Source of the DNA: Convolutriloba macropyga
Lineage: Eukaryota
DNA length: 64,000 nucleotides
NCBI RefSeq assembly: GCF_964194025.1
Contig: NC_134469.1
Span: forward strand, 21,824,001-21,888,000
Direction of reading: 5' to 3'
Shown: positions 59,351 to 64,000 of the stretch, in pieces
Numbering within the stretch: position 1 is the stretch's first letter
How the letters are laid out: each line of letters opens with the position of its first letter
Notes under the pieces: model-generated
Seen by the model: only the letters and a program-made list of their open reading frames with translations
Told to the model about the DNA's origin: nothing
The model's database searches: none
Translations under genes and position numbers: made by a program

Positions 59351-62300
59351 TCCTAGATAAGTGGAAAAATTTTTCTGTGATTATTATGAAGATAAACACC
59401 AAATTGTCTTTTTCGGATTTTTTTTCACAGACTTCGGTTCTGCCGTCATGTGTTAAAAAAGGAATGTCCCTGGATCTCTACTGTTAACCTTTGACGTGAA
59501 TGACATTATTGAGTGTTTGCAAAACTGTCGCGTTTACTTGCTTGCCGGCATTTGAAAGCTGCTATTTGTTGATTGTTTCGATGTTCTGCAATGTGACTTC
59601 AAAGATCTTTAAGAACAGCCACGCGATAAATTTTAAATGTTACCATTGCTCTATAGTGCTAGGAGGAGAAGATTTTTCTCTCTCAAGAGATTATGGATAT
59701 TGGAAAGTTAGTTAGTTACTGAAGACATTAGCTAGACAAAAAAGGATTGATTGTTAAAAGCCTGCATGTAAACTGCCAAAATATCAATTATCTTAAATGG
59801 CGTTTAAATTTGCTGAAAGTTGCACAGGTGGAAAATATTATTTTTCTATTCCTAAAAGAATTGGGCCTCGACAAGCAAAGTTCAGACTCAGAAACTTTTA
59901 CTGGTGGATCACATACTGCTAATTTACGCTGGACATAAAAAGGAGTAATTGGTGGAGTTTTTTAGCCGGATCTTGTGCAAAATACAATCTTGTCTTTGAT
60001 TTACAAAAACACAGTTAACCTTTTTCGGTTGCTTTTGCGGTTGTCCATGGATATAAAGCTTTGTTCTTTATTTTTGTGTACATCTACCACATTCAATGAA
60101 GTTCTTAGCTATCAGATTTTGCTGGGTTTTTTGGCATTTTGGAATATAAATTCTAATACATTTTGCCTAAACCGTGGATTGAACCCTAATTCCGTGTTTT
60201 CTGTTATAGACAATGTTAACATGTCCATGACACGAAGGGCTGTTTCAGCTGTTCAAGATACTCAAAGAATAACTCGCAGTACCTGTGATAACAAAAAGTA
60301 GTATTACTTTTCAACTGACGATGAAAAAGCAAACGCTTTCAACGATTTTGTCTGTTCTATTTTTAGGTATTTAATTTAAAAAAATCAGGACAGCATTAAA
60401 TTTTTGTTAAAAGATAATAAAAATTACGTTTGAAAATTTGAAAATGGAGAAAACCTTGAGATATTTTGACAAATCTTTAATGGGGCTAGACCATTTACCA
60501 TCTCTCCTGCTGCCTGATAAATGCCAAATGTTAGCTGGAGTGGTTGCGGCCTTTATTCAAACTTATGTCATAGTTTGATGTTCTCTACAACAATTTTGAC
60601 AAAAATATAACAATTTTTAGCGTTTTTTGAATCTTCTGAATCTTTTGGATCCAGACAATCTTCTGGATCTTCACACAATCTTCTAGATTCGTTCCGATTC
60701 ATAGATAGCTGAAAAAAATTCTTTAATTATTATGAAGATCAACACCAAAATGTCATTTTAGGATTTTTTTTCGCAGACTTCGGTTCTGCCATCATGTGTT
60801 AAAAAAAGGGGTGTCCTCTACTTTTAACCTTTGACGTGAATGACTTTGTTGAAGGTTTGCAAAATTGTCGTGTTTACTTGCTTGCCGACATTCGAAAGCT
60901 GCTTATTGTTGTTTGTTTCGATGTTGTGCAATAAGACATCAAAGATCTTTATGAATGGTCACGCGATCGACTCTAATTATTGCCACTCTTCTTTAATGCT
61001 AAAAGAAGGAGAAATTTTTCTCATTCAAGAGGTTATGGATATGGGAAAAGTAGTTACTGAAGACATTATGCGGACAACATATGTGAAAAAACTAGCCAAA
61101 TAATAAAAAATAATATTTTGTAAGGAAGCAATCTGTTTCAATTTTTTGTTAACCGCGAGAATTGTTAAATGCGTTGTGTCAAAAAATGATTGCATCCATC
61201 AGTTTTTAGTGCTCCCCAGCTTGTTGTGTTACAGTTGCTATTTTGAAAGAGATTGAAATGTTACTGCGCATAATTTTGAGTTCGGTTTCTAGGTCTGAAA
61301 ATTATTTTTAGACAATTTCAAAAAGTTCAAAAAAATATGTATCCAACCTGCTATCATTTTGTGGATGTTTCTGATATGATTTTATCACTTATTGTAAAAA
61401 TGTGATTGAAATTTTTATTGCCAACGGTGGAATGAATCCTAATATCAAATTGTACGTTTAAGACAATGTTAACATGACCATGGCGGGAATGGCTGTTTAT
61501 GCAATTCAGAGCACTCAAGGAAACAATCCTGCTTCCGCTTGTGATGAGAAACTATGGTGTTACGTCTTCAACTGACAATTTTTTCGGTCATCCTGATAGT
61601 GATATTTAGGTTAAAGCCAAATAAATACACTTACTGAGGATTTGCAAAACCATTTCGAACAAGCAGTCTACAAAAAAGTGACAGTTGTTTCTTTAGTCGA
61701 ACTATCCATGCCGGCAGCCACCTAACTTTTATCAACGTCATTGAGTTTAACTCAACATTTTGTTAAACTTTTGGTTAACTTTTTTTAAAACAATATAAGA
61801 AGCCTTGTGCTTGGTGAGCATAACATTTTCATGGAGTCTCAAAACAAACAGAAATATTATGCAATATCGGCGCTGTGGAAAACTCGAAATCATTTCTAAC
61901 AACAAAGGACGTCGTCATAGATTAATCCCGATAACGATAAACTGTATAAGTTTCAATGAAATTAGTTTTGCAAAGAGCATATATCTTAAAGGCTTTTGTA
62001 TGCCAGTGTACATCAATTAGTTTGAATCTGTCTGGTCGAGAAATGGAAAAATAATTCTGCCAAAAAGATATCAGATGATGAACGAAGGCAAGACCATGAA
62101 TAATTTTTGAATCAGAAATTTTAGTTCGTTTTCCAATGTAATACAATACAATTGAATGAATCTTCAAATTGGCTATGTACGACTGTTAATTTTCTGCAAG
62201 TAAATTTCCAATTTATCAATTATCCTAAAAGGCGCATAACTTTGCTGAAAATTGTACGCGTGCAAAATATTAGCTTTCTACTTCTTAAAAAAACGGGCCT

Positions 62301-63620
62301 CGATAGGCAACTTGCAGACTCACAAACTTTTACTGGTGAATAACATATTGCTAATTTACGCTGGACATAAAAGAAGGCTAAATCGTTGGAGTTTTAGTAG
62401 CAGAACTTTCTGCAAAGTCAATTCTATTGATTGACTTACCAAAACACAGTTCCCGTATTTGGGTTGCTATTGCAATTGTCCGAGTTGTACATTTCGCCAC
62501 TCTCCTCAAAGTTCGTCGTCAGTTATCACATTTTGCTGGGATAGATAAAAAACTGTATTACTTTTTGCCTAAACCATTGAATAAATCCTACTTTCGTGTT
62601 GTACTTTATAGACAATGTTAACATGACTATGCATTAGCACGAAAAATAAATTTATGTCATAGTTTGCTGTTCTCCATAACAATTTTGATAGAAATATGCC
62701 AAGGATTAATGTGTTTTGATATCAGGAAACATTCTTGATGCATTCCGAATCAGATTACTGAAATTACTTTTCTGAGGATATGTTGAAGATCAACACCAAA
62801 TTGTCTTTTTAGGGTTTTTTCCGCATACTTTGCATACATCTTGTGTCACAAGAGGATTTTTCTGTGGATCTCTACTGTTAACCTTTGACGTGAGTGATTT
62901 TAATGGGCGTTTGCAAAACTGCCGTGTTTACTTGCTTGCCGACATTCGAAAACTGCTATTTGTTGATTGTTTCGATGTTCTGCAATGTGACATCAAAGAC
63001 CTTTATGAATGGTCAGGTGATCAACTTTAAATGTTATCTTTCTTCTATAGTGCTGGCAGGAGAAGAAGTTCTTCCAACTCAAGAGATTATGGATCTGGGA
63101 AAGTTAGTTACCGAAGACATTAGCTGAACAACAAATGTAAAAAGCACCTGTCAGAAAAATGAAATGAAGCAAACCGTTTCAACTTTTTGTTAACGGCGAG
63201 AATATTTTGTATCAAAAAACGATTGCATCTATCTCATGTTACTGCTCCCCCGCTTGTCGTGTTACAGTTGCTATTTTGAAAGAGACAGAAATGTTACAGC
63301 GCAAAACTTTGAATGGGTTGTTAGGTCTGAGAAATATTTTAGAAACTTTCAAAATGATCAAAACGAATATGTATCCAACCTGCTATCTTTGAGTGGATGT
63401 TTCTCATATTCTTTTATTTTAGATTTAACTTTGAACAGCAAAGAGTGGGATTTAGCTTAAAGCCAACAGAAAAAAACCAGTTCCTTAGGATTTGACAAAA
63501 CCGTTTGAACAAGCAGTCCACAGAAAAACTATCTTTCCTTAGTCTAACTATCCAAGCTAAGGTAATTACTTAACCTCTGTCAACGCATTGAGTTTAAGTC
63601 AAATTTCAACACGTTTGCTT
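52636..63620 (+). mobile_element. Head-to-tail cluster of internally deleted, decayed LINE derivatives
   Basis: Each copy keeps some or all relic motifs in order: ORF1-tail RRLGK..PVYI, EN start LHVNCQNI, linker DEKANxFNxF, RT LLLTFDV(N/S)D, LLADIRKL, MDLGKLV.EDIS. More diverged copies at ~59750-61750 and ~61860-63600. Confidence 0.65.
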
Positions 63621-64000
63621 CAAATTTGTTTTCTTTTTTTTATAGCCAAAATTTTCTATTTCACTCATTATCGGCCATGTACATATTTTCTTGAATTTTG
63701 CTCTGTGGAGTACAGGAAGACAGCGTGACAACAGTATTAACGGCATTACAAAGATCACTTACAAATAAATTTAGAGTGGTCCCAAAACGGTCCCTAGGGG
63801 GTACACCTTTCACTACAACTTGTAACCAATCGGAGTGAACTCAAAATAAGTTTAAAAGTTGAATTCTGTTAGAAATTTTTTAAAATTTGTTTCTCTGCAT
63901 AAATATAAAAGCCAATTGTTCTATTAAGTATATTCTATTGGTATATTCTGAGATATGGAGTCAAACGCTTTGGGCGACACAAAAGAATAAGGCTTATTGG

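Overview
AT-rich, repeat-dense animal genomic DNA. An invertebrate source is likely (spliceosomal introns, LINE/LTR/Penelope/Tc1 content), and an acoel-type genome is only my guess. All host genes are on the minus strand: (1) a spliced LRR gene with four phase-consistent exons (15307-14948, 14682-14447, 11691-11506, 378-58) that continues past the window start; (2) an intronless GT29 sialyltransferase (24594-25664); (3) intronless UBA2/SAE2 (30938-32989); (4) intronless DHTKD1 (42332-44998). The rest is mobile DNA: a decayed LINE whose RT core is tandemly amplified 4 x 655 bp, non-autonomous TIR elements with an internal ~330-bp array, G-rich MITE-like repeats, a Tc1-like transposase relic, a gag-only LTR element with an ATCAA TSD (35547-40064), a young 5'-truncated LINE, and a 46.7-59.4 kb higher-order repeat built from a Penelope 3' end, an unidentified spacer and a compressed LINE derivative. 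The main hypothesis to test is that the co-oriented, intronless genes, each with a splice-acceptor-like AG close upstream of the ATG, are SL trans-spliced or operon-like. Everything was read by eye: identities and repeat borders are approximate, and no database search was run.
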